Shown piece by piece: positions 42,385 through 56,503 of a stretch of 64,000 nt of DNA. The position numbers and the translations under genes were made by a program. The DNA lies in NCBI GenBank assembly GCA_002104945.1, contig MCFH01000001.1, forward strand, positions 620,001-684,000, written 5' to 3'. The first letter of the stretch is position 1; each line of letters begins with the position of its first letter. The stretch comes from Piromyces finnis finn. Its lineage: Eukaryota > Fungi > Neocallimastigomycota. Below the pieces are notes generated by a model that made no database searches, was not told the DNA's origin, and worked only from the letters and a program-made list of their open reading frames with translations.

Positions 42385-44712
42385 TTAGTTCTTCTTGGCC
42401 TTACCACCCTATTCAAATTAAGATTTTATGAATAATAATTTATAATAATTTAGTACCATTGAAATTAATAAATGTATGTTTTATTTAAAAGTTCCTTCTT
42501 TTCATTCATATTACCTTCTTGTCAGAAGCGAGTTCCTTAACAAATGGAATGAATTCAACACCATCCATGTATGGTCTTAATGGTTCTGGAACAATTAAAC
42601 CTTCTTCGGTTTGGTAGTTTTCAAGAATACAGCAAAGAGTACGTTCAGTAGCACAAAGAGTACCGTTTAATAAGTGAACGTAGTTCTTAACTTGGGAGTT
42701 CATCTAATTTTTATTTTATTATAAATTATATCATTTATAAACAAAATACTAAAATAGTAATAATTATTTTATGTTTTTTTTTTTTTTTTTTACATACCTT
42801 CTTAACACCAAGTCTGATATCTAAGTTTCTAGATTGGTAATCAGTACAGTTACTGCAACTAACTAATTCCTTGTATTCAGCTTGGAATGGGAAGTAAGCT
42901 TCAAGATCGTACTTCTTGGCAGCAGCATTGTTTAAGGCACCAGAAACAATAGCAATAACGTGGTATGGAAGCTTAAGCTATTAGTTTCATATATATATAT
43001 AAGTAATGTTGAATATTTAATTTAACTTTCTATTTTAAAAAAAAATTAATATATCGATTTAATTTTAAATAATAACTTACAGATTGGTAAAATTCTTCAC
43101 TAGTACTGATTAATTGTTCTAATTCTTCCCAACTCTTTTCTGGTTGACAAAGAATGAATTGTTCAATCTTTTCGAATTGGTGAATACGGAAAAGACCCCA
43201 AGTATCCTTACCGTGAGCACCAGCTTCCTTTCTGAAACAAGTAGAATAACCAGCGTATCTGATTGGTAATTGCTTTTCTGGTTCACTGAACCATTCACCA
43301 CTGTGGAAAGCACTAATTGGTTGTTCACTAGTAGCAATAAGGTATTTTGGTTCTGGATCATCTATATTTCATTAATCATTATTATAATTATAAAATAAAA
43401 ATCAATAATCATACCATCTTTCAAAGAAAAATAATATTGTGCTATTTTCACACTTTGATATTTCATTTATTATATTGTAATTTTTCGATAGATATAGTTT
43501 AGAAACTTAAAAATATTTACCCTTAACTTCAGAAACCTTGTATAATTCTTCATCAAAATCAGATAATTGAGCAGTCTTAGCCATGACATCTCTCTTCATA
43601 AAGAATGGAGTTTGAATCTTTCTGTAACCACGCTTCTTAAGGAAAGATAAACCGTATTGAATTAAAGCAAGGTTTAATTCAACACCAACATTGGTAAGGA
43701 AGAAACCACGGTGACCGGCAACATTAGTACCTCTGGCAGAATCGTAACCGTCTAAACGTTCTAAGACTTCGTGGTGACTGTATAAACCTGGAACACCCTT
43801 GGCACCATCCTTAACGGAACCAGTACCAACTAACTTAAGACGTCTGGCACGTTCTTCTTCTTCAGATCTGTTTTCTGGCCACCATCTGCGGACTTCAACA
43901 TTGTCATCTTCAGTTAAACTAACTGGAACAGATTCGTGAATAAGGTTACCAATAGTGTTTAACTTTTCGTTAACCTTCTTTTCTAATTCATTAGCTTGTT
44001 CATTTAAAACCTTCTTTTGAGCTTCTAAGTCAGCCTTCTTTGGAATAAGACTCTTAGCTTCTTCTGGCTTCTTAGCCTTGTGGAAGGCACCAATTTGCTT
44101 GTTGATAGCATTGATATCCTTGTTAATGGCATCAGCGTTAAAACGAGCTATTTATTTAAGTTTTAAAAATGATTGTAATTAAATTTAAAAAAAAAATAAA
44201 TATTTATCATATTTAGTGTTACATATAAATTTTTAATATTAAATAATAGTTCGTATTATAAATAATTTATATTATATATATTTGATATTATAAATATATT
44301 GTGATTTAGTTTTCGATTTATAAATTCAAATTTCTATTTACTGATTGTTTTAAATTTTTAATATAATTATATATAAAATAATCTAAAATTTTATATTTTT
44401 AAAAATCATCAAATCATCATATATCTTGTAGTAATGTATAACCATATAACATTTAGCAATTTAAAAAGTAACAATGATAAAATGTCTTACTAATTATTTA
44501 TTAATAAAACTTTATATACTTTTATTCTATATCTTATTCTTTTAACATATATATATTGATATTATTAAACTAAATGTACCTTTAACCCATTGGTTGTCAA
44601 GATCAACGATTTCATCAACGATTTCAACACTAGCACCTCTCTTCTTTTGAGATTCCTTAATTAATTCTGGGTTACCACCCTTACTGACACGGAATAAATT
44701 AATATCTAACAT
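42385..44712 (-). CDS. SES1: Cytosolic seryl-tRNA synthetase, multi-exon
   Basis: It begins MLDINLFR...[15 protein letters not shown]. It also contains HHEVL...[67 protein letters not shown] and [13 protein letters not shown] probable last mini-exon encodes GGKAKKN* (42408-42385). Confidence 0.96.
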
Positions 44713-45534
44713 CTTGATTTTAACTTAGAATCTACAAATATTTTGTAAAATTTTGTTGTAGTGAGAAAAAAAAAAAAAAAGAAAGTAAAAAAAATAATTT
44801 ATTTAATTATGATAGAAAATAATTACCATATATTACAATGTATTTTAATATATAAACAACTATATAAAATTATTAATATTATATCCATTTTATATATATA
44901 TTAATTAATCTACTATAATAAAGAAAAATATAAATTTTTTAATAATAATCCGTCTTTTATGGCAATGATTGGCTTAATTCTTTTTTTTAAACAATTATAT
45001 AAATAACTAAAAGAAAAAAATGTAAAATAAAAAAAGTATATAATTATATGAAATATAATCATCCTAATTATTAGTCCTTATCTTAGAAAGAATAAAGGAA
45101 AAAATGTCTCTTTTATAAGTTTTTTTATATTACAATTCTTATAAAATTCAACTTTTAGTCGTCATCATTATCTGTCATAAATATTTTTATACAATTTCAT
45201 ATTAGAATTTTTGATCCTATTGGTATATTTATTTTATGTATCAATTTTGTATACAAATTTTTTTATTTAAGTTTTTTTTATAAAATAAAATTTTAAATTA
45301 CACTAATTACAACCAAGAAAAAATAAATATCGTATAATTTTTTCTTGTACTACTTTTAATAAGTGTTTAAAAATTTAAATATATTAATTTATTATGTATT
45401 TAACTTTCAACCTAAAGAAAAATTGAATTTAAAACATACAAAACTAACACCATCATTTATTTTAGCTTTAATTAAAATTATATTTTAATTATACCCGTTT
45501 TTTTAATAAAATAATTTAAAAATATAAATTAAAT

Positions 45535-45964
45535 ATGGCTTCAGCAAACATACAAATTTCTCAAATTTTATTAGATGCATCTTCACCAGATTCTGCAACT
45601 AGAAAAAATGCAGAGGCCAAATTAAAAGAATGGGAACGTGCTCCAAATTTCTATCCAACTTTATTAGTACTTATCAATATATTTTATTTATAATTTAAAA
45701 ATTTATTATCCTTTTATTTATTACTTCTTTTATTATATGTTAAATTTATTTTATTTTTTTTTTTAATTTCATATATTGTTTTACAAATGTAATAATAACT
45801 TTTTAATATGAAATAGGAATTGACTTTTGATAAATCAATTGACATTCATGCAAGATCAATATCTATTATTTATATGAAAAACGGTATAGAAAGATATTGG
45901 AGAAAAAGCTCACCATGGTAAAATTTTGTATTTATAATTTTAATACATATATTGATAAAAAAAA

Positions 45965-45995
<31 letters not shown>

Positions 45996-46813
45996 AAAGA
46001 AAGAAAGAAAAAGAATAATTATAATTATATTAATTTTTAATTTTATTTCATTTAAATATAATTTATAATTTTCTTATAATATATATAATTCTGATTTAAA
46101 CAATTATAATAAAAATTTTAATTCGAAATTTAAATTTCAATCAAATTTTAAAAATTAATTTTTATTTTCTTCAAATTTGTTTATCTCAAAAATAAAGTTG
46201 CTTACCATTAGAAGAAAAGAGTAGAATCCGTCAAACAATATTAAAAATCTTTGAAGAAGAAAATAATTCTGTAATTATTAAAAAAAAATATTATAAAAAA
46301 AAATGTTCAGATTTTAATTTAATAAAATATATATATAATAAAGCTTGCTCGTCAATTAGATGTTGCTATCGCTAAAATTGGTAGAATTGATTACCCAAAT
46401 GATTGGTAAATTTCATTATTTACTAGAATTTTACTAAAATTATTCAACATTAATTTAATATTAATTTTTAATAATGTATTTCTAAATTATAATTTAAAAT
46501 AGGCCAGATTTAATTCAAATTGTTTTACAAGCTATAAAAATGTATGATATGGAACCAAATCCAAAAAATAGATTAATTAGTTATAGAGGTTTGACTCTTT
46601 TAAATCAAATTATTAAAACTTTAAGTTCTTCAAGAATAACAAGAAAAATCAATGTTGTAAGTATATAAATTAAAAAATGGCATTCATTTATTTTTTACAT
46701 AAATTTTTACTAAATACATATATTTTAATAAACGAAATTGTTATTTATTTATTTATTTATTTATTTATTTCATTAATACTATATTTATTAATATACTTAA
46801 CATACTTGTTTTA

Positions 46814-46855
<42 letters not shown>

Positions 46856-49800
46856 ATATAAAAAAAACTTCAAAGATTGCACCAGAATTATTAAATAACA
46901 CAGTTACACAATTTATTAATAATACAAATCAATTTATCAGTAAATTCACTGAAAACAGCTCAGATGAAACTGACATACGTTTTAATTTAGAATATGCTTT
47001 ATATTCCTTAAAATGTATTAGAAAAATTATAGTTTTCGGTTATAATTATGATAGTATCACTTCTGAATCAGACCCAATTGTAACTATCCTATCTACTATA
47101 ATAATTATAATAATTACTAATTAAACTAATTAATGATTTATTAATAAATTTCCGTATATATTTTTACTTTAATATTTAAAATATAGAAATTCCTTAACAT
47201 TCTCTTAGAATATATGTCAAAATTATTAACCATCTGTAAATATTTCATACTCAAATTGCTTTTTTTTAACATTAATTTAATATAATATTGTATTAATTTT
47301 TTTTTTTTTTTTTTTCATTTTTTGATTTTAATTTTAAGATCAATCCTTAAAAGAAGATTCACCATATATTGAAATGCTTTTGAAAATTATTAAGGGTTGT
47401 GGCAAAGTCTTCCTTAACATCCAAACATATAATCCAATGCAATTTACTTTAATGGATAGATGTCCAGAAATTATTTCATGGTATTGGGATAAAATCAACA
47501 CTTATGATAAAAAAGGTTCGTATTAATGAATTGTATAGCAGTGATGCATGATGTATAATGACGTAAATTTTAAAATTAACCTATATAATATAATTATTAT
47601 AATTGTTTTAAATAAGCAGTAGGTAACCTTGAATATGAAATTATTATTGTTCAAGGTATGGAATTAATTACACACTTAATAAAGAACCCACAATTAATTC
47701 CATCAACAAGAGGTAATATTCTTTTTTAAAAAAAAAATATGAAACTATAAATGCAATTGTATATTATTAAAAAGTAATAACATTTAAATATACTTTATAA
47801 TTAATATTTATTTAGCTGAAGCTGAACAAAACAAAGATTTCAAAAAGGTCGATGATATATTAAAGAATGTCATATTTGTACCACAATTTGTTGAAGCTTT
47901 ATCTGAAGTTTTAATATTCAAATATCTTTCATTCTCCGAAAATGAATTAAGTAATTGGGAATTCAGTCCTGAAAACTTTGTATGCGATGAAGATTCTCCA
48001 TCCAGTGAATCACAATTAAGAGTAAATAAAATAACCTATTTTAACAGTATAATTTATTAAATAATCAAAATACATTAAATTTATATAATTTAATACTTTT
48101 TTTTATAATGAAATAATGTTTTATTTTATTAATATAGATATGTGCTGAAAACTTATTCTTAAACTTATTCTCAACTTATAATGAAATTATTACACCAAAA
48201 ATTTTAGTATATATTCAACAAGCTTCAGGTTCTCTTTTTTTTTTTTCATAGTATTAAATTTAATATATATATTTTATATATTAACATTTATTTAAATATT
48301 TACAGAGATTACTGATAAAGCTTCAAAGGATGATATTTTATTAAAGGATGCCATCTATTCTACTATTGGTTTAGGTGCTAATAGCTTTAGTGAAATCGTT
48401 GATTTTGATTCTTGGTTCATGAATAATTTATTACCTGAAGGTTTAAATAAATCATCAAGGTATATATTAATTCTTTTTTTTTTTAAATATATATATATTA
48501 ATTTGTTACTAATATATATTTTTATATTCTATTAACCTTAAATGTTTAGTTTCATCATTATCAGACGTCGTATTGCTTGGTTAATTTCAAAATGGATTGG
48601 TGTAAAAGCATCTAAAGAAGTTAGACCAAAAATTTATGAATTATTAATATCATTTTTAATGCCAGAAGAAGATTTAGTAGTTAGATTAACTGCCAATAAT
48701 TCTGCTCTTTCTTATATCCTTTTTATAATATTATTGTATATAAAAATAATAATTGTATAATTTAATAGAGTTATAATTAAATAATACATTTTTCCTTAAC
48801 CGATTTATATACGCATTGATGATTATGACTTTGTCCTTGAAGATTTCTTACCATATACCGATACATTTATTAATTTATGTCTTCAATTAATATATGACAC
48901 AACTGAATTTGATTGTAAAATTAAAATTGTTAACTGTTTATCTGTTATTGTAGAAAGAATGGGAACAAAGGTAAGTTTTTTCATATATATAAAAATTTAT
49001 TTATTTATTTGTTTATTTGTTTATTTAAATAATTGTTTTCTATGTTTTGTATTTTTTATTAATAAGATTGCTATGTTCGCCGAAAAAATTATTAGCGTTT
49101 TACCACAATTATGGGAAAGTTCCGGAGAAGATCAATATTCATTTAAAATATCTATTATTATTATTTTAACTAAACTTGTTATTGTAAATATTGACATCTA
49201 AAAAATTAAAATTATAAAAATATAATGCGCAATCATTTTTTTAATTACTTACATAACCATTTTTTCTTTAGTCGTTAAAACAAGATTCAATGAAAATTCA
49301 TGAAATTACTATTCCTATTATACAGAAATGTCTTGATGCAAATTCTGTAAGTACAATATAATACATTAATACATAAAATAAAATTGCCTGTATAAATATT
49401 ATATTTTTTTTATTATTATTATTATTTTGTTTTCTGAACAGTTTTATTATTAATTTATTAAAATACCATATAATTGCAGAAATCACAATATACTTTATTT
49501 ATTGAAGATATAATAGAATTATGGCAAGGAATTGTTCAAAATGCTTCTGACTGCACTCAAGAATTATTAAGTTTATTCCCATCATTATTAAATCTCTTTG
49601 ATCTTAGTTCATCATTATTAAGTGTATTAAAGATTGTAGAATCCTATGTTATATTAGCACCAAATCTTATCTTCCAAGTAAATATAAATTATATAATGTT
49701 AAAATTGAAATAACATCAAATAAATAATAATTACATTTTAAATCACATTTATAAATAATTACTTTTTTAAATTATAAAAAAAAAGCAATATGGTCTTGAT

Positions 49801-50516
49801 TTATTCAATAGATTAGCTGAAATTATTGATCATCCAAAACCAGAAATTGTCAAATATACTATTAGAATTATTGATTATTGTCTTCAAATATGTAATCGTG
49901 ATAAATGTGTTTCATCTATTGTTGAATTGATTTCCAATACCCCAATATTTGATAAAATGTTAGAAACCATTACTAAAGAAAAGGTAAGAGTAAAAAGCAA
50001 TAATAAAGAAATAGAATAGGCGTAAAAATAATAAGAAACATTGAATTGTACTAATATTTTTATATTTATAAAACATTATTAGAACTATTGTCGTGCTATT
50101 GTTGATTATTTATCTATTTTTGCTAGAATTATGTTTTGTGATGTCAACATATTCAATAATTTAATGAAACATTTTGGACAAAAGTGTGATCCACCACAAG
50201 AAAGTATTTTAACCCCAATGATTCAAACATATGTTGACAGAGTAAATGTTTAAACGATATAGATATGTCTTTTACAGAAATTTCATTGTTTTTATTCTTT
50301 TATAATAATTATTATTATTATACTACCCTTCTTATTTCTATATAGATTGATACTATTGGTCATCCAAAAGTTAGAAAACTTGTTGGTTTAGCTTTATCAA
50401 ATATAATGCCAATGTTAAATCAAAATACAATTGATCTTCTTCAAGGTATTTTCGTTGTTATAACTGATATTTTAACCGAAGTTATTGAGTCTGGTAAAAA
50501 AGAGTAAGCTATCATA

Positions 50517-50562
<46 letters not shown>

Positions 50563-50879
50563 TAAAAATTATAAATAAAAATATAAATATAATTTATAAT
50601 AAATTATAAATAACTAACATTTATAAATATAATAAAAGTTTATTGGTATACTGGCATGATGATACTCTTGAACCTGGAGAAGAAGAAAGTCTTGATACTA
50701 TTAGAAAGAATGATTTATTGAAACATGATCTAGTTAATACTGTTAATATATTTGATTTCTTTAAATCCAAGCTTGCCGAATTAGAATCTATTGCTGGTGG
50801 ACCACAATCATTTAACAATTTAATTTTATCTCAAATGGATCAAATGATTGTTTATCAAATACAAAAGATAGTATCATAA
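45535..50879 (+). CDS. IPO11: Importin-11 (Kap120-like importin-beta family), about 17 exons including one AT-AC intron
   Basis: The IBN_N region reads RKNAEAKLKEWE...YMKNGIERYWRK and EEKSRIR...LDVAIAKIGRIDYPNDWPDL. Further motifs are LLKDAIYSTIGL, IIRRRIAWLISKW and the C-terminal RKLVGLALS and HDLVNTVN. Confidence 0.88.
45973..45994. repeat. (AG)n microsatellite in an importin-11 intron
   Basis: Direct reading of the sequence. Confidence 0.85.
48714..48812 (+). other. U12-type (minor spliceosome) AT-AC intron, 99 nt
   Basis: The 5' splice site is ATATCCTTT (48714), the branch site TTTTCCTTAAC (48790-48800) and the acceptor AC (48811-48812). Removal restores the frame: ...VVRLTANNSALS-C-IDDYDFVLEDFLPY. 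Confidence 0.9.
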
Positions 50880-52437
50880 AAAAAAAGATTCTTTTTAAAG
50901 TATTTGCCTCATCAAACATTAGTTATAATATTTTTTTTTTCAAAATTTTTAATATCTATAATAATTATATTAATTTTATAATTATCATCAATAGATATAG
51001 AAAAATCTAAATTAGAATTTTTATAATATACTATGTGGATTTTTTTTTAATTTCAAAAGATATTTCTTAATATATTATTTATTTTATTGAAATTGCTGTC
51101 ATTTTTAATTAATTAAAATTTTAAACCAATAAATATTAATTTTGAAAATGACATATGAAAAATTTTATTTTTGTACTACAATAAAAAATTTTTATAAAAG
51201 TAATTATTGAGTATTTAATTGAGCATAGTAATATTATTATTATCAGTGTATGTATGTATGTATTATAAAAAGAAGAAAATATATATTGTTGAATTATTAA
51301 TATGTTAATGAGTCTATATAATTAATTATTTAAAACTTAACAAGAGGAAAGCAATACTGTAATTAAGGTATTTAACAAAATCCTTAACTTTTGTTAAGTA
51401 ATCTATATGAATATATTTTAATATATTTATGTTGTTTATAAATCATAATTTTATTTTATATGAAAATTTATATATACTAATATATAAATTATACTTTAAA
51501 ATATGTTTGCCTATTGATATAAAATAATATCTTATTTCCCTATTCTTTACCAAAAGAAGAAATTTGGTTTAAACATGAGTTTTTAGCTTGGTGTAAAAAA
51601 GGTTTTATTAAAGTAAAAAAAAAAAAAATTCAAAAGAGAAAAGAAAATATAGGTGTTATGAAAGAATGAATGATATAATATATTTGTTAATAATGAATAC
51701 AAAGAAATAGTTAGAACTATCAAAGACTTTTATATTATAATTAAAGTTTAAGAAAATTTTATTTATTAAATAACTCAATCGATAGAAATAACAAAACTCA
51801 TTTTTATAATAATTAAGATTTTTTTAAATAAAATTATTTAGGATTTTAGGTAATAATGAAAAGCACTTTCAGTTATAATAATAGAGTAGAATATCTTTAT
51901 TCTTTTTTTTTAAAAAAAAAAAATAAATAAAAGTATATATATTTTACTTTACACATTAATATATATTATCATCTAAATAATATTATTTATCATAAAATAT
52001 CTAGTTTTTTATTTAAATATGCTGAGTTAGATTTTAAGAATAAGAATTACTTTTATTGTGTTTTCATAGTTTCATTGTTAAATTATTATTTTAATATTTA
52101 TTATAATATGAAACGAAAATAATTATCCACTCAAAATATATAAATTTCTATTATCTCCTTGGATACATTATAATTTCTATTCTATGTAATTAATACTAAC
52201 AATATTAGTATTTTATATATTAACTATAACTATATATTATATTATCCTATCCTATGCTATTATTGAATATTAAAAAAAATTAACTTGAATAACAAGCAAA
52301 GATAAAAGTTTTATATATTAAAAAAAAAAAGGAAGATCGAATGGAAAAGATTTAAATAATCAAATAAAAACTTTTTAAAATATTTTCCATAAAAGTTTTT
52401 AATTACAAAATAATTCAAACATTTTGTTATAATTTAC

Positions 52438-52470
<33 letters not shown>

Positions 52471-52893
52471 TGCATAAAACTTTATTTAAATAAAAGTTTA
52501 AATCAAAAAACTTTTTTAAACAAATTCATGTAAAAATAATAATTACAGCAATTATAATAGCAATATTAAAATACTAAAGTATTAAGGAAATAATACATAA
52601 TTAATAGTAATTAACAAATTAATTCAAAAAAAAAAATAAAATAAAATAAAATAAAATAAAATAAAAAATAAAGATAATTCTATTAAAAATAAATTGATTA
52701 TACTGATAATCAAATAATAATACAGCTATATAAATAAATAAAAATATAAATATAAAAACGTCTTAATAATAATAATAATAAAAAGCAATAAAGCAATAAA
52801 AATACAACACAAAAAAACATATTTTATACTTAATACATTAATACTAAATATATCGAGATATTTTATAATTATTACATAAATTATATATAAGTC

Positions 52894-54228
52894 ATGTATA
52901 TAACTAAAAATAATGAAAAAGATAATCTTGTTGTTAAAGAAGATGAATCAACATTTGAAGATTTTGATGGAGATGATACTATGGAAAATATGTTAGATCT
53001 TTTCATTTTCCACAGAAAAGACGCTGAGTTAATGGATTGGTATTCTTTCTTATCATTTATTATATTTTTATGCGTTAACGTCGGATGTGTTTCTTTCAAC
53101 TTTTATAAAGCTCTAAGTATTGAACCTGACGATGATAATGATATGTTTACTGGTGGTAATAATGGTAACGCTATGCTTAATACCTTATTCAGTAGAGGAA
53201 TTGGAAATATTACAAGTATATTACATTCAAATAATACAACTAATAATAGCATTATAATTGATAAACCAACAAAGATTTTGTATATTACAGAATTTTCGGT
53301 TATCATAACATTTGGAATAATTGCACTTTATAATTATATATGCTTAGCATTTCATCCAACCTCTAAATCACGCTTATCTGACGCTGCAAATTTTACTCGT
53401 TTAGTAAGAGAATTTTCTTGCTTCACACTTGTTCCACTTTTCAATATTAACACTATTATGGGCATTTATAATGATATTGCTGTCACTTTTAAAGAGGAAA
53501 AAAAAAAATATGCCGATCGTTCAAAACTTTGGGATGGTGTTTGGGGTATAAGTACAAAGGATGTTCAGAAAGAAAATGCATCTTCTTTTGAACTTATGGT
53601 CGAAAGTAATAGTTCTGAAGATTTGGATATGGTACAACATAATAAAAATTCTAATAATAATCCTAAAGAAAGTTTATTTAAAAGATTCAAACACTCAAAA
53701 TTCTTTTTACATTTTGTATCCGTATTAATTTATATCGGTTTCTTCTTATCCATAGTAGCATTAATTGCATTAGCATTCTTTGCATTCATTGCTTTATACA
53801 TTAAAACTCGTCATGTTGGAAATTTCATTAGAGGAGGAAATAATATTTATAAATGGTTTAATTTTGTTACTTTCATTATGAATATTGCATCCTTATCTCA
53901 ACAAAGTCCTGCAATTAAGCTTATCATCTATCAACTTAAGGTTTTAACTAGAAAAGCTCACCATAATGAATATCGTCGCAGAAAACAAAATAGAATAAAA
54001 GAAAATGCTTCTAAATTTGATGCCGATAAAAATCAAGAAGGTATTCAACCACCAAAAATTATTATTCATAGAAAAAGAATATCAAGGACAAAAGATGACA
54101 CAGATCTTAATAATATAGACAATGATGAATTAAAAGAAATGGATACTGATAAATTAACACCATGTAGTTTAGAGCGTCGAAATTCAAAATTATCAGCACA
54201 CTCAGAAAATTCAGCAAGCTCTGTTTAA
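52894..54228 (+). CDS. Uncharacterised multi-pass membrane protein, intronless, 444 aa
   Basis: Long stop-free ORF in ~80% AT DNA with about four hydrophobic segments, clustered N-x-S/T sites between the first two, and a charged C-terminal tail. Confidence 0.8.
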   Translation: MYITKNNEKDNLVVKEDESTFEDFDGDDTMENMLDLFIFHRKDAELMDWYSFLSFIIFLCVNVGCVSFNFYKALSIEPDDDNDMFTGGNNGNAMLNTLFSRGIGNITSILHSNNTTNNSIIIDKPTKILYITEFSVIITFGIIALYNYICLAFHPTSKSRLSDAANFTRLVREFSCFTLVPLFNINTIMGIYNDIAVTFKEEKKKYADRSKLWDGVWGISTKDVQKENASSFELMVESNSSEDLDMVQHNKNSNNNPKESLFKRFKHSKFFLHFVSVLIYIGFFLSIVALIALAFFAFIALYIKTRHVGNFIRGGNNIYKWFNFVTFIMNIASLSQQSPAIKLIIYQLKVLTRKAHHNEYRRRKQNRIKENASKFDADKNQEGIQPPKIIIHRKRISRTKDDTDLNNIDNDELKEMDTDKLTPCSLERRNSKLSAHSENSASSV

Positions 54229-54514
54229 AGTAATTAACTATAAAAAAATAAAAGTAAAAATATATCAATTAAAATTTTACTATAATTAAGAACTAACTAT
54301 CACATATCACATTATAATTATAAAGATATCATAAATAATAATACATACTAAAAGTATTACTTTATTAAAGTAATAATAAAATAATATTTTAAAATTATGT
54401 TTAATTAATAAGTAATAAAAAGAATAATAATAACAATAATGCATTAAAATTAAATTATCACCATTCTAGCATATTTATATTATTTTTCTCAAATACTTAC
54501 TTAATATTTAATTT

Positions 54515-54550
<36 letters not shown>

Positions 54551-54812
54551 GAAAAAATAAAGCAATAAATTATTAAAAAAAAAAAAAAAAAAAAAAAAAC
54601 TATTTCAATATAAATGTTTTATTTTTACTTTATTGTGTTTTAATTTTTATTTTAACTATAAAACATAAACTAATATTGTAATATTGTTGGATATTTAAAT
54701 ACTACATTTGTAATATAATAATTTTGATATTTTAATAGTAATTTTTTTTAAATATTAAAAAATATAAAATTATATAATTCCTAATTCTTCTTATTTATAC
54801 CAACTTTTTTTC

Positions 54813-56435
54813 TTACTTTGATTCAGCAGCTTTACCTTTCTTTTTTGATTTTAATGTTGGTGGTTTATAAGACATTCTCTTTTTTAAATAATCTTCAGCT
54901 TCAACCTTTGCTGATGATTTATTATTTAATTGATGTAATAAAGAACGAGCCTTAATTTCTTTACATTTTGGCCTTTGTAAATTATTTATATTCATTATTA
55001 TTAGTTAGTAGAGTAGTAGTAGTAGTAGTAGTAGTATTGATAAATTAAAAAAAAAAAATAGTTAGAATAATAAAAGTTTAAAGTTAAATTATTTTAAATA
55101 AAATGATTTATTATAGTTAAAATTGATATTGAATATATTATATTCAAGTTCATACATATGTCTTTCAGCAACTTGGGCATCAAATCTTCTATTACAACTT
55201 GGACATGTTACATAATCTTCATATAAATCAATTTCTGGTGATTCAGTAATCTTTTCAGGTTCACGGCTAGCCAATGAAGAAGAAGATCTTTGAGATGTTT
55301 CCTTTTTATCTTTTTTACCTGAAGAATAAGATGAAGAAGAAGATTTCTTCTTATTTGGTTCCTTTGCAGCTCTAATCATATTTATAAATCTTTCATGCTT
55401 AACACGCCATGAAGTTTGTTTTTTTGCTGGTTTTATTGGTTGTTCCTATATATATATATTTATATTTATAAAAAGAATAAATTAATACAAAAAAAAAAAA
55501 AAAAAAAAGATAATAGATTTCATTTTTATTTAATACCATTGGTCCCCTTAATAATTCTTCTGTCTTCTTTTCTTTCATGAATTTTTCGAGATCAGTACCC
55601 TTAGCTCTTGCTTGAGATGTATTAAATACTTTTCTCTTTTTTTGTCCTTTTTGGCATGCAGTAATGTGACGATTCTATATTTCATTTATAATAAAAATAG
55701 ATAATTATTTAAGTTAATAAGTTAATAACCCATATTAAAAAGAATATTATCATACATATAATTATTGCCATTATTAAAATACTTTTATTTTTATATACTA
55801 TTATTCTTACCAAACTATCAATAGCAAATTTTCTATTACAAATTGGACAAGGTTCTAATTTAATTTCGAGTACTTCTTCTTGTTCATTAACACCAATAAC
55901 ACTTGGTACACTTGTTACAACACCAGGTTTTGATGATCTATTTGCAGATGATGCTCTAGAATTATTATTATAATTTATATTATTATAATTACTATTCATA
56001 TTCATGTTGATATTATTATTATTGTTGTTGTTGTTGTTGTTGTTGTTGTAGTTGTAGTTCATAGTATTATTCATGTTATTATTTATATTATTTATATTTC
56101 CATTTATATTATTTTGTTGCATTATTTGATTATTAAAATAATTGTTTGCATTCATTGTATTTATATCATTTATTATCATAGGATTTCTATTACTCATAGC
56201 ATTATTCATAACATTATTATTGTTGTTGTTGCCATTATAATTATTCATGCTGTAACCATATGGCTGATTATTATTAATACCATTAAAACTATCTTGATGA
56301 TTTGGTATAGGATAGTTTTGAATATTATTCATAGTTATACTGTTGTTATTATGGTTAGGGTTACTGGAATTGTTATTAATATCATTATATATTGGAGAAT
56401 TTGTATTGTTATTATTATTATTGTTATTATTATTA

Positions 56436-56503
<68 letters not shown>

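Noticed and set aside
44150-44430. C/D snoRNA in SerRS intron 1 (ATGATGA on the sense strand)
   Set aside because: No downstream CTGA D box or terminal stem on that strand.
51523-51669. Protein-like open stretch (ILFPYSLPKEEIWFKHEFLAWCKKGF) in intergenic DNA, possibly a transposon relic
   Set aside because: Only ~49 codons, with no start, no convincing splice context and no recognisable family; a tblastx search would be needed.
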